Under the pieces are notes generated by a model that was given only the letters and a program-made list of their open reading frames with translations, was not told where the DNA came from and ran no database searches. From NCBI GenBank assembly GCA_035294265.1, contig DATGLK010000010.1:126858-190857 (forward strand): a stretch of DNA of 64,000 bases, given 5' to 3'. Source of the DNA: Candidatus Binataceae bacterium (GTDB lineage Bacteria; Desulfobacterota; Binatia; Binatales; Binataceae). Shown here one piece after another: positions 49,856 through 59,548 of this stretch; position 1 is the first letter of the stretch; each line of letters starts with the position of its first letter. Both the position numbers and the translations under genes were made by a program.

Positions 49856-51382
49856 ATGCGCTACGGCTTCGTGATCGACCAGGAACGCTGCATCGGATGC
49901 CATGCCTGCACGGTGGCCTGCAAGGAAGAGCACAACGTCCCGGTGGGCGTGTTTCGGACCTGGGTCAAGTACATCGAGAAGGGAACTTTCCCCGCGGTAC
50001 AACGCCATTTCGGCGTGATGCGGTGCAATCACTGCGACAACGCGCCCTGTATAGAGATCTGTCCGACCAAGGCGCTCTTTCGCCGCGACAACGGTGTGGT
50101 CGATTTCGACTCGCAGCGCTGCATCGGCTGCAAAAGCTGCATGCAAGCCTGTCCCTACGACGCCCTCTATATTGATCCAGCAAGTCACACCGCCGCCAAG
50201 TGCAATTTCTGCGCTCATCGCCTGGAGCTCGATTTGGCGCCCGCCTGCGTCATCGTCTGTCCCACCCATGCGATTATCGCCGGTGATTTGGACGCGCCCG
50301 AAAGCGAGATCGGCCGCACCGTCGCCAGCCGCCAGGTGGTCAGCCGCAAGCCCGAAAAGGCCACCCAGCCCAAGCTTTTTTACATAGGGATCGACGGCGA
50401 CCTGCTCAACCCCGGCGCGCCCGCGGCGCAGCCTACTTACCTGTGGGCCGACAAACAAAAAGATGGAAATATCTACACTTTGTCGACTGACGAGGCGACG
50501 CTGCCGCCCGCCGGCTCGCGTGAAGTCTATAACGTCTCCCATCCAGCCCCCTGGGGCGCCAAAATCGCCGCCTACCTGTGGACCAAGTCGATCGCGGCGG
50601 GTGTCACGCTGGTGGCGGCCCTGCTGATGGGGCTTAAGGTCGCAGACCAGGCGCGGCTGTTTGGAATCGCCACCCCCGCGCTGGCCTTGGGATGGAGCGC
50701 GCTCACCGGATTGCTGCTTACCATCGACCTCAAGCGGCCCGAACGCTTTTATTTCCTGCTGACGAAATCGAATTTCAGATCCTGGCTGGTCCTGGGAGCT
50801 TATTTTTTGGGCGGTTACGGCCTGTGCGCCATGGCATGGCTGATTGTAGGGCTATTCGCTCTCGAACCTCCCGCTTGGCTGATCGGACTGACGGCGTTGA
50901 TGGCGATCGGCACTGCGGCTTATTCGGGCTTCCTGTTCGCTCAGGCCAAGGGGCGCGATTTGTGGCAATCGCCGCTTTTCCCCTGGCATCTGGTGATCCA
51001 GGCGCTGGTCGCGGGCGCCGCGATGCTCATCATGTTCGCGGTCGCCGTCGGTTCGGACCGCTTGCTGGGAGCATTGCAAGCCGTCCTGGCCACGGCGCTG
51101 GTGCTGGACCTGCTGATGGTTCTAACCGAAGTCTACGCCGTGCCGCATAACCAGGACGCGCGCCTCGCGGTAGATTTGTTGAAGAGCGGCACGCTGGCCA
51201 AGCGGTTTTGGGGCGGCGCAGCCGGTTTGGGCGTGGTTGTGCCGCTGTTTGCGATGGCGATGGGCGCGAGCTTCGGCGGCGCGGTAGTGGCCGCGCCGCT
51301 CGCCGCCGCTGCCGCGTTGGCCGGCCTGTGGCAATACGAATTACTGTGGCTGGCGGCCGGGCAGGCCGCACCCTTGAGCTAG
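49856..51382 (+). CDS. 4Fe-4S ferredoxin-type electron-transfer subunit fused to an NrfD/PsrC-like integral membrane anchor (CISM family)
   Basis: Four Cys clusters (CIGCHACTVAC, CNHCDNAPCIEICP, CIGCKSCMQACP, CNFCAHR...CVIVCP) followed by about 8 TM helices. No signal peptide. ATG at 49856 preferred over the ORF-finder TTG at 49847. Confidence 0.75.
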   Translation: MRYGFVIDQERCIGCHACTVACKEEHNVPVGVFRTWVKYIEKGTFPAVQRHFGVMRCNHCDNAPCIEICPTKALFRRDNGVVDFDSQRCIGCKSCMQACPYDALYIDPASHTAAKCNFCAHRLELDLAPACVIVCPTHAIIAGDLDAPESEIGRTVASRQVVSRKPEKATQPKLFYIGIDGDLLNPGAPAAQPTYLWADKQKDGNIYTLSTDEATLPPAGSREVYNVSHPAPWGAKIAAYLWTKSIAAGVTLVAALLMGLKVADQARLFGIATPALALGWSALTGLLLTIDLKRPERFYFLLTKSNFRSWLVLGAYFLGGYGLCAMAWLIVGLFALEPPAWLIGLTALMAIGTAAYSGFLFAQAKGRDLWQSPLFPWHLVIQALVAGAAMLIMFAVAVGSDRLLGALQAVLATALVLDLLMVLTEVYAVPHNQDARLAVDLLKSGTLAKRFWGGAAGLGVVVPLFAMAMGASFGGAVVAAPLAAAAALAGLWQYELLWLAAGQAAPLS

Positions 51383-51388
51383 GTGCCA

Positions 51389-54229
51389 ATGAAGACCAGC
51401 GACTATCCCGCGCCTCTCAATCCCGCAGTAAGCGATCTGGCGCCAGCCAACGAGTTGGCAAATTTTCCGCCCTCCTCGCGTTGGGAGGATTGGAGCGAAT
51501 ACGACCCCGCGAGTTGGCCGCGCAAGGTCAAGCGCGCCTACACCCTGGTGCCGACCATCTGTTTTAATTGCGAAGCCGGATGCGGCCTGCTGGCGTATGT
51601 CGATCCGGCGGCGATGAAGATCCGCAAGTTCGAGGGCAACCCCGAGCATCCCGGCAGCCGCGGCCGCAACTGCGCCAAGGGGCCGGCGACCCTTAACCAG
51701 GTCACCGATCCCGAGCGCATCCTGTATCCGATGCGCCGGGCGGGCGCACGCGGCACCGGCCAATGGGAGCGGGTCAGTTGGAATGAGGTGCTCGACGATC
51801 TGGCGGCGCGCATTCGCAGCGCACTGATCGAGAAGCGCCACAACGAAATCGTCTATCACGTTGGGCGGCCCGGCCATGAGCTGATTTACAACCAGCGCAT
51901 CCTTCATTCATGGGGGATCGACGGCCACAACAGCCACACCAATGTCTGCTCGGCGGGCGCGCGAACCGGTTACGCCTTCTGGCACGGTATCGATCGCCCT
52001 TCGCCCGATCATGCCAACGCCCGCTTTATCCTGCTGCTGAGCTCTCATCTGGAGGCCGGCCATTATTTCAATCCCCATGCCCAGCGGATTATCGAGGGCA
52101 AGCAGCGCGGCGCAAAGGTGTGCGTGATCGACACCCGGCTGTCCAACACCGCGGCCAAGGCCGATTACTGGCTGGCAACCTGGCCCGGCAGCGAGGCGGC
52201 GGTGCTGTTGGCAATGTGCCAGGTGCTGCTCAGCGAAGGGCTCTACGATCGCGACTTCGTGCGCCGCTGGGTCAATTGGGAAGAATTCATGCGCGAGGAG
52301 CGGCCCCATGTGCCGCCCACCTTCGACAATTTCATCGCCGAGATAAAGCAGCTTTACGCCGAATTCACCCCGGAATTCGCCGAGCGCGAATCGGGCGCGG
52401 CGGCGGCGACAATCGTCGCGGTGGCGCGCGAGATCGGCCGCGCCGGCTCCGCCTTCGCCACCCATGTCTGGCGCAACGCGGCGGCGGGAAACCTAGGCGG
52501 ATGGCAGGTGGCGCGGGCGCTGGAATTTCTGGTCGTGTTGGTGGGCGCGGTGGCCACTCCGGGCGGTACCCATCCGGCCGCAGCCAACAAATTCATCCCG
52601 ACGCCGCCGCTGATGCCGCCGCCGCCCAAAATCTGGAATGAAACGATGTGGCCGCGGGAGTTTCCTCTGGCCTTCTTCGAGATGAGCTTCCTGCTGCCCC
52701 ATTTCCTCAAAGATGGGCGCAGCAAGCTGGCGATATACTTCTCGCGCGCCTACAACCCGGTGTGGACCAATCCCGACGGCCTGTCCTGGATCGAGGCGCT
52801 CAGCGACGAAAGCAAGGTCGCACGCCACGCCTGCCTGACGCCGATTTGGAGCGAAACTGCCTGGTTTGCCGATTATGTCTTGCCGATGGGCCATGCCTCG
52901 GAGCGCCACGATCTGCTCAGCCAGGAGACTCATGCCGCGCGCTGGATCGGCTTTCGCCAGCCCGTCCTGCGCGTGGCCTTGGAACGCCAGGGCAAGCGCT
53001 TTCCCACCACTTGGGAAGCCCATCAGGCGGCCGGCCTGGGCCAGGTGTGGGAAGAGGACGAATTCTGGATCGAGCTGTCCTGGCGGATCGACCCCGACGG
53101 CGCCCTGGGCATCCGCCGCTACTTCGAGTCGCCCTACCAACCCGGAGTCAAGCTCACGCTGGATGACTACTATAGCTGGATCTTCGAGAACAGCGTCCCC
53201 GGCCTACCCCAAGCCGCGGCCAAGCAGGGACTGACGCCGCTTGGCTACATGCGCAAGTACGGCGCCTTTCTGGTCGAGGACCAGGTTTATAGCACCCACG
53301 AAACCGCGCCGGCCGCGCATGGCGAAACCGAGGTCGATCGAACCACCCGCATAGTCACCCAAGCCGGCACACCGATCGGCGTTGAGATCGACGGCGCGCG
53401 CCATGTCGGTTTTCCCACTCCCTCGCGCAAGCTGGAGTTTTATTCCAAGACGCTGAAGGACTGGAAGTGGCCCGAGTACTCGGTCCCGACCTACATCCGC
53501 AGCCATGTCCATTGGTCGCAGATCGATGCCGCAAAGGGCGAGATGCTGCTGCTGCCCACTTTTCGCCTGCCCACCCTCGTCCACACCCGCTCGGCCAACG
53601 CCAAGTGGTTATACGAAATTTCCCATAAAAACCCGCTGTGGCTGCATCCGCGCGACGCTATCCGCCTGGGTGTGCGCACCGGCCATCTGCTCAAGGTGCA
53701 AACCGAGATCGGCTATTTCGTCGATCGAGTGTGGGTCACCGAGGGTATCCGCCCCGGCGTCATTGCCTGTTCCCATCACCTCGGCCGTTGGCGGCTGGCA
53801 GCCGATAAGGGAGGCGAGCGCTGGGCCAGCGCGCTGGTGGATCTGAAGCAGGCCGAGCCTGGGCGCTGGCTGATGCGCCAAATAACGGGCATCCAGCCCT
53901 TTGCCAGCGCCGATCCTGATTCGCAGCGGGTGTGGTGGCAGGACGCCGGGGTCCATCAAAATCTGACCTTTCCAGTGCAGCCCGACCCCGTCAGCGGCCA
54001 ACACTGCTGGCATCAGAAGGTCGTGGTAACGCGACCCGCACCCGAGGACCGCTACGGCGATGTCTTCGTCGATACCGATCGCGCCCATGAAGTGTATCGG
54101 CGTTGGCTCAAGCTGGCGCGCCCGGCGCCCGGCCCCGACAACCTGCGCCGCCCCTTATGGCTGGCGCGGGTCTATCGGCCCGACGCTTCCGCCTTCGTGA
54201 TTCCAACAACCGGCAGCGAGGCCCCGTAG
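51389..54229 (+). CDS. Molybdopterin (bis-PGD, DMSO-reductase family) oxidoreductase catalytic subunit, no Tat signal
   Basis: N-terminal FS0 cluster motif (CFNCEAGCG...NCAKG). MopB domain. About 60-aa N-terminal extension without an RR motif. ATG with AGGTG ribosome-binding site, immediately after the Fe-S/NrfD gene stop. Confidence 0.8.
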   Translation: MKTSDYPAPLNPAVSDLAPANELANFPPSSRWEDWSEYDPASWPRKVKRAYTLVPTICFNCEAGCGLLAYVDPAAMKIRKFEGNPEHPGSRGRNCAKGPATLNQVTDPERILYPMRRAGARGTGQWERVSWNEVLDDLAARIRSALIEKRHNEIVYHVGRPGHELIYNQRILHSWGIDGHNSHTNVCSAGARTGYAFWHGIDRPSPDHANARFILLLSSHLEAGHYFNPHAQRIIEGKQRGAKVCVIDTRLSNTAAKADYWLATWPGSEAAVLLAMCQVLLSEGLYDRDFVRRWVNWEEFMREERPHVPPTFDNFIAEIKQLYAEFTPEFAERESGAAAATIVAVAREIGRAGSAFATHVWRNAAAGNLGGWQVARALEFLVVLVGAVATPGGTHPAAANKFIPTPPLMPPPPKIWNETMWPREFPLAFFEMSFLLPHFLKDGRSKLAIYFSRAYNPVWTNPDGLSWIEALSDESKVARHACLTPIWSETAWFADYVLPMGHASERHDLLSQETHAARWIGFRQPVLRVALERQGKRFPTTWEAHQAAGLGQVWEEDEFWIELSWRIDPDGALGIRRYFESPYQPGVKLTLDDYYSWIFENSVPGLPQAAAKQGLTPLGYMRKYGAFLVEDQVYSTHETAPAAHGETEVDRTTRIVTQAGTPIGVEIDGARHVGFPTPSRKLEFYSKTLKDWKWPEYSVPTYIRSHVHWSQIDAAKGEMLLLPTFRLPTLVHTRSANAKWLYEISHKNPLWLHPRDAIRLGVRTGHLLKVQTEIGYFVDRVWVTEGIRPGVIACSHHLGRWRLAADKGGERWASALVDLKQAEPGRWLMRQITGIQPFASADPDSQRVWWQDAGVHQNLTFPVQPDPVSGQHCWHQKVVVTRPAPEDRYGDVFVDTDRAHEVYRRWLKLARPAPGPDNLRRPLWLARVYRPDASAFVIPTTGSEAP

Positions 54230-54480
54230 CCTCAACTCTGCCGTTCTTAACCGAGCCGTGGCGCAGCCGGCGTGGAACTTATATCGGCCAGCCGCAATTG
54301 CACGGATGGGAGGAGGTTGGGTGAGGCGGCCGAGCTATCGGCGGGCTCGCTGATACCGGTCAGTTCTTCGACCGCTTCTTCGCCCACGGCCAGAACTGCG
54401 ACCGTTCCGAAAATCAAGATTGCTACAAGTAAGAAGGCGGCGCCGGCAGACAACTCGCCGGACATCAGATTGCGCCAAAA

Positions 54481-56043
54481 TTGCTTCATAACGCTGGCTA
54501 TCCCTGCCCTCAAAACTATCTCTTGCGCGCGGGACAGAAAACCCACCCCTTGGTGCGCGCTTCCCAGCTTGTGCCCGGCGGCGAAACGGAGCATGTAACG
54601 GAGACAGGCGCGCGGATTGCGGCCGTAGCCAGCGCGTTGGAAAGGGTCAACCTTACGGTGGAAGCGGGATCGACGCCGCGCGCGCAGCCGGCACATGATT
54701 ACCAAATCGCGGCACGCCTGGAGCGGCTGCCGATTGCCAGGTGGCATACCCGGGTCCGCTTGGTGGTGGGTTTTGCCTGGTTTTTCGACTCCTTCGATGC
54801 GCTGGCGATCGCTTACGTCTTGCCAGTGTTGGTGCCGCTATGGAAGCTCAACCCGGTTCAGATCAGTAGCCTTATCGCAATTGGTTATGCCGGCCAGGCA
54901 CTGGGCTCGGTCTATTTCGGTTATACGGCGGAGCGGCGTGGCCGGATTCCGGCCTTGCTGTGGTCGGTTGCGCTCTTTTCGGTCACCAGTCTGCTGTGTG
55001 CCGCGGTCTGGAGTTACACGTTACTGTTGACCATTCGCTTCGTGCAGGGCCTGGGGCTGGGCGGCGAAATCCCCGTTGGCCATTCCTACATGAACGAAAT
55101 CGCCAAGGCCAGTCAGCGCGGCCGCTTCATTTTGCTCTATCAACTATCGGCGCCGCTGGGCATCAGCGCGTCAGCCCTGGCCGGGGTCTGGATCGTTCCC
55201 AATCTGGGTTGGCAATGGATGTTCGTGCTGGGCGCGGTCCCGGCCCTGATTATGCTGCCCTTGATCGCGGGCTTGCCCGAATCACCCCGTTGGTTGGCCA
55301 GCCGCAGTCAAGTGGTCGAAGCCGACCGCGTGCTGAGCAAGATAGAAGCCGCGATTTCCGACCACGGCCTCCGCCCTTTGCCGCCGATTCCCGAGCGGGC
55401 GCCCGCGGTCGTAGCCGCCTCCACTCGCTTCAGCGATCTGCTCCGAGGGATATATCTGCGCCGCACGCTGGTGGTGTGGTCGATCTATTTCTGTACCTAC
55501 CTGGTAACTTACGGACTGACCGGCTGGCTGCCCACGATTTACCGGACGGTCTATCACCTATCGGTTCGCCAAGCACTCAATTTCAGTTTCATCACGACGC
55601 TGGTCTCGTTGGCGGGATCGCTGGCGGTCGCGCTTCTGATCGATCATACCGGCCGCAAGCCATGGATTAGCGCTGCCCTCATCCTGGGTGCGCTCCCGTT
55701 GTTCGTCCTCACCGGCAGCGCTTCGATGAGCGCAAACCGGGTGCTGATCCTGGTGGCGTTGGGACTGACAGGAGTGAACACGGTGGCGCTTGCGATGGGC
55801 ATGTACACGGCGGAAAACTACCCCACCCACTTGCGCTCGCTGGGTGGCGGCGTGGCCGCGGCATGGTTGCGCGTGGCCGCGATGATCGGTCCCTACGTGG
55901 TGGGATTTGTGCTGCCGGCGGCCGGGATGGGCGCGGTGTTCTCTGTCTTCGGCGGCTCGGCGTTGCTAGGTGGGCTTATCTGCATGCGGTTTGCGATCGA
56001 GACTCGCAACCGCGTGATGGAAGAGCTGGCGCCGGTAGTTTAG
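54481..56043 (+). CDS. MFS transporter (aromatic-acid/H+ symporter-like); start uncertain
   Basis: 12-TM MFS layout with motif A-like GRRGRIP. The ORF-finder start is TTG. The true start is probably an internal GTG around 54598-54658. Confidence 0.65.
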   Translation: MLHNAGYPCPQNYLLRAGQKTHPLVRASQLVPGGETEHVTETGARIAAVASALERVNLTVEAGSTPRAQPAHDYQIAARLERLPIARWHTRVRLVVGFAWFFDSFDALAIAYVLPVLVPLWKLNPVQISSLIAIGYAGQALGSVYFGYTAERRGRIPALLWSVALFSVTSLLCAAVWSYTLLLTIRFVQGLGLGGEIPVGHSYMNEIAKASQRGRFILLYQLSAPLGISASALAGVWIVPNLGWQWMFVLGAVPALIMLPLIAGLPESPRWLASRSQVVEADRVLSKIEAAISDHGLRPLPPIPERAPAVVAASTRFSDLLRGIYLRRTLVVWSIYFCTYLVTYGLTGWLPTIYRTVYHLSVRQALNFSFITTLVSLAGSLAVALLIDHTGRKPWISAALILGALPLFVLTGSASMSANRVLILVALGLTGVNTVALAMGMYTAENYPTHLRSLGGGVAAAWLRVAAMIGPYVVGFVLPAAGMGAVFSVFGGSALLGGLICMRFAIETRNRVMEELAPVV

Positions 56044-56198
56044 TTCTGCTTGCCGGCGCGCGCGCTTTTTCTGCATCCAATCCAGTTGGCGCAGCGCTTG
56101 AGAGGGCGCTACTGTAGGCAGAGTTTTCGCTGTCCGCCGCGCGCGGTGGACACAAGCTATTTCTCAATCCACCGCTGACCAAGGAGAGCGAAGGACGC

Positions 56199-57236
56199 AT
56201 GAAAGTAGATGTTTATCCGCATATTTTTCCGCGGGCCTTCTTTGACAAGATGGTCGAAGTCGCACCCGACAAAAACGCAATCAAGCGCTGGCTGAATATC
56301 CCGGTGCTCTATGATCTGGACGCCCGCCTGCGGATGATGGACGAGTTCCAGGAGTACCAGCAAATCCTGACCCTGTCCCTGCCCGCCATTGAATTCATCG
56401 CGCCGCCTGACGGCTCGCCTGAGCTGGCGCGAATCGCCAACGACGGGATGGCCGACATCTGCCGCCGTTATCCCGACCGCTTCCCGGCCTTTGCCGCTTC
56501 GCTGCCGATGAACAACGTGCCTGCGGCACTGGCCGAGATGGAGCGCGCGATCGATCAGCTGGGTGCGCGCGGCATCCAGATTTTCACCAACGTCAACGGC
56601 CGGCCCCTCGACGACCCCGAATTCGCCCCCATCTTCGAGCGCATGCAGGCCTACGACCTGCCTATCTGGATGCATCCCACGCGCGGGCCGGGCATGACCG
56701 ATTATGCCAGCGAGCCCAAGTCCAAGTACGAGTTGTGGTGGCTATTCGGCTGGCCCTACGAAACCTCGATCGCAATGGGGCGGATGGTGTTCTCGGGCTT
56801 CTTCGATCGCTGGCCCAACATGAAGCTGATAACCCATCACCTGGGCGCGATGGTGCCGTTTTTGGAGCAGCGCATCGCCTTGGGAATGGATCAGCTTGGC
56901 ACCCGCACGGCGGAAGTGGATTATACCACCATCGTCAAGGAGATGAACGCCAAGGGCAGACGGCCGGTGGATTACTTCCGCATGTTCTACAACGATACCG
57001 CGGTCAATGGGTCTCGGTCGGCGATCCGTTGCGGGCTGGATTTCTTCGGCGACGACCATGTCCTGTTCGGCACCGATTGTCCCTTCGATCCCGAGGGTGG
57101 CCCCACTTTCATCCGCGAGACCATTCGCGCGATCGACGGGCTCAAGCTCAAGAAGGCGGAGCTGGCCAAACTTTACAGCGACAATGCCTACAAGTTGCTC
57201 AAAATGGCGCCGCCCAAGCGGCGAGGCAGGAAGTAG
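56199..57236 (+). CDS. Amidohydrolase-2 family enzyme (ACMSD/LigW-like decarboxylase/hydrolase)
   Basis: ATG after AAGGAG. Collinear with ACMSD-type proteins (MKVDVYPHIFP ... HHLGAMVPF ... FGTDCPFD). Confidence 0.75.
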   Translation: MKVDVYPHIFPRAFFDKMVEVAPDKNAIKRWLNIPVLYDLDARLRMMDEFQEYQQILTLSLPAIEFIAPPDGSPELARIANDGMADICRRYPDRFPAFAASLPMNNVPAALAEMERAIDQLGARGIQIFTNVNGRPLDDPEFAPIFERMQAYDLPIWMHPTRGPGMTDYASEPKSKYELWWLFGWPYETSIAMGRMVFSGFFDRWPNMKLITHHLGAMVPFLEQRIALGMDQLGTRTAEVDYTTIVKEMNAKGRRPVDYFRMFYNDTAVNGSRSAIRCGLDFFGDDHVLFGTDCPFDPEGGPTFIRETIRAIDGLKLKKAELAKLYSDNAYKLLKMAPPKRRGRK

Positions 57237-57338
57237 TCTGGCGCGGGCCGCGGATGCCGACATCCCCGGCCCACCCTTTTTTGCCTCGGCTGGCGACGCG
57301 CATTAGACTGAACGGACCAATATTCCGAGGTGGGCGCC

Positions 57339-58340
57339 ATGGCTCGAATTGTCGCTGGTATTGGCACCTCTCACAGCCCGGTCCTGGTTATCAAACCGCA
57401 ACTTTGGCCCGAGCGGGTCAAGCGTGAGATGAACAGCCAAGATCTCTACGACCGCACCGGCCGGCGCGTGAGCTATGTCGAACTGGAGCGCCAAGTAGAG
57501 CGCCGCTACGCGCCACTGGCGACGGTGGAAAATTTCGTCGGCTTGGACAGTAGCGCGCAGCGCGCGCTCGACCGTTTGGCTGACGACATGGCCGAGATCG
57601 ATCCAGATGTAGTGGTGATTATCGGCGACGACCAGGACGAGTTATTCGGGATGGACAATCTGCCGGCGTTGGCTATCTGTTATGGCTCGACCATTAGCAC
57701 CGAATGGTCGTCTTTTCCGCCCGGCGACGAGCAATGGGTGCTCGACGTCAAGCGAGGTTACGGCGTGGACGGCCATCATGAATTCGCCGGTGCGCCCGAG
57801 GCCGCGCGAAGTCTAATCGAACATCTGATCGAGCAGGGAATCGACGTTGCCGCCAGCAGCGGGGTGCCGCCAACCTCCAAACATGGCGGCTTCGGCCACG
57901 CCATCACCTTTCCGATCATCCGCCTGATGCGCAAGCGGCAGATTCCGGTGGTGCCGGTTCTGCTCAATACCTATTATCCACCCAACCAGCCCACTCCGGC
58001 GCGTTGCTTCGATATCGGGCGGGCGATGCGAACGGCGCTCGAAGCCTGGCCTGAGCCGGCACGCGTGGTGGTGATGGCTTCAGGCGGCCTGAGCCATTTT
58101 GTCACCGACGAATGGCTGGACCGAACGCTATTGGACGCGCTGCGCGACGGCGACGAGTACACTCTGCGTACCATCCCGGCCAAGCTGCTCAATTCGGGCA
58201 ATTCCGAAATTCGCAACTGGATCATGATGGCGGGCGCGATTGCTGGCCTGAACTTCACCATGCGCTGGCACGAGTACGTGCCGATCTATCGCAGCCCTGC
58301 GGGCACCGGAATCGGCCTGGGCTTCGGCCGCTGGAACTAA
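57339..58340 (+). CDS. Extradiol ring-cleavage dioxygenase, class III (LigB family)
   Basis: N-terminus MARIVAGIGTSHSP matches the LigB-type MARVTTGITSSHIP. Motifs VVIIGDDQDE and SGGLSHF. ATG after GAGGTG. Confidence 0.75.
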   Translation: MARIVAGIGTSHSPVLVIKPQLWPERVKREMNSQDLYDRTGRRVSYVELERQVERRYAPLATVENFVGLDSSAQRALDRLADDMAEIDPDVVVIIGDDQDELFGMDNLPALAICYGSTISTEWSSFPPGDEQWVLDVKRGYGVDGHHEFAGAPEAARSLIEHLIEQGIDVAASSGVPPTSKHGGFGHAITFPIIRLMRKRQIPVVPVLLNTYYPPNQPTPARCFDIGRAMRTALEAWPEPARVVVMASGGLSHFVTDEWLDRTLLDALRDGDEYTLRTIPAKLLNSGNSEIRNWIMMAGAIAGLNFTMRWHEYVPIYRSPAGTGIGLGFGRWN

Positions 58341-58353
58341 GGCCGGCCCGCGG

Positions 58354-59379
58354 CTACTTCAGCCCGTACAGGGTGCGGGCGTTGGTGGCAAACAGCTTGC
58401 GCTTGCTCTGCTCCGACAGGTCGGTGCGCTCGGCCAACTCATGGATGTTCTCCGGGTACTCGGAGTCCCAGTGTGGGATGTCGGAGGCAAAAACCAGGAT
58501 CTCGTCACCGAAGCGGCGCACCATCTCGGCGATCGATTGCTCGCCCGCCTCCAGGCCGAAGTAAATATTGCCCTGGCGCAGATAATCACTGGGCTTGCGC
58601 CGGCATTTGGGTGCCTCCAGCTTCCCTCGCAGCTCCCATTCCTCGTCCATCCGATCGATCCAGAAAGGCACCCAGGTACAGCCAGCTTCCATGAAGCCCA
58701 GCTTGAGTTTGGGAAACTGCTCGGGTACGCCGCGAAAAATCATCGAGGCGAACTGGGTCATCTGGGCAAAAGCGTGGGAGAGAGTGTGGACTTCGATGAA
58801 ATTGTCGAAGATATCGGCGCCGAAGTATTGAGGTCCGCGCACGGTGGCATGCGAGGCCAGCATGCAGTTAAGCCGCTCGGCCTCGGCATATACCGGCCAG
58901 TACATTTCGTGACCCAGGGGATGACGTAGACCCACCGAGGGCAGCATCGCGCCCACCATCCCAAGCTGCTCAACCGCACGGCGCAGTTCGCGCACGGCGG
59001 CGGAAACATCCTGCATCGGCAGCAGAGCGATCCCCTTCAGACGTGAATCGCGTCGCGTGTACTGTGCGTGGAAGAAATCGTTGTAGGCGCGGCACAAGGC
59101 AGCGGCAAAATCGGCCTCTCGAATCCAGCCGATGCTCAGCCCCTGGGTGGGAAAAAGCACCGCTATTTCCATCGGTCCGCGCTTCATCGCCTCCAGCCAA
59201 TCCTCGGGCGTGCGCACATTGTGGCCTAGGCTGCCCCGCACCGAACGATCCCAGGCGTCGGTGGGATAGTAGGAACGAAACCCCTGCGATGGGCCGTACT
59301 CGCGAAAGGCGGGCTCCATGTATTCGGCCAGTGCCGCGGTGCCCTCGTTGATATGGCCGTCAGCATCAATTATTTCCAT
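58354..59379 (-). CDS. Amidohydrolase-2 family enzyme
   Basis: ATG after GGAAGGA. MEIIDADGHINE ... HAT ... FASDIPHWD motif set. Confidence 0.75.
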   Translation of the reverse strand: MEIIDADGHINEGTAALAEYMEPAFREYGPSQGFRSYYPTDAWDRSVRGSLGHNVRTPEDWLEAMKRGPMEIAVLFPTQGLSIGWIREADFAAALCRAYNDFFHAQYTRRDSRLKGIALLPMQDVSAAVRELRRAVEQLGMVGAMLPSVGLRHPLGHEMYWPVYAEAERLNCMLASHATVRGPQYFGADIFDNFIEVHTLSHAFAQMTQFASMIFRGVPEQFPKLKLGFMEAGCTWVPFWIDRMDEEWELRGKLEAPKCRRKPSDYLRQGNIYFGLEAGEQSIAEMVRRFGDEILVFASDIPHWDSEYPENIHELAERTDLSEQSKRKLFATNARTLYGLK

Positions 59380-59548
59380 CGCTGTTTCCTTCCAATTGAG
59401 GTGGTTGCGGCGCCGAGCCGGCTTGGTTTGACGCTAATCCGCCCTCGCGCGCGCCGTCAAGAGAGTCGGCATGCTTGGGGCGGCGCTCGACGCGGCGGTC
59501 ATCGGCAACTAAGGTTCCCAATGAGCACAGCGCTGCGGAGGTTCGAAC

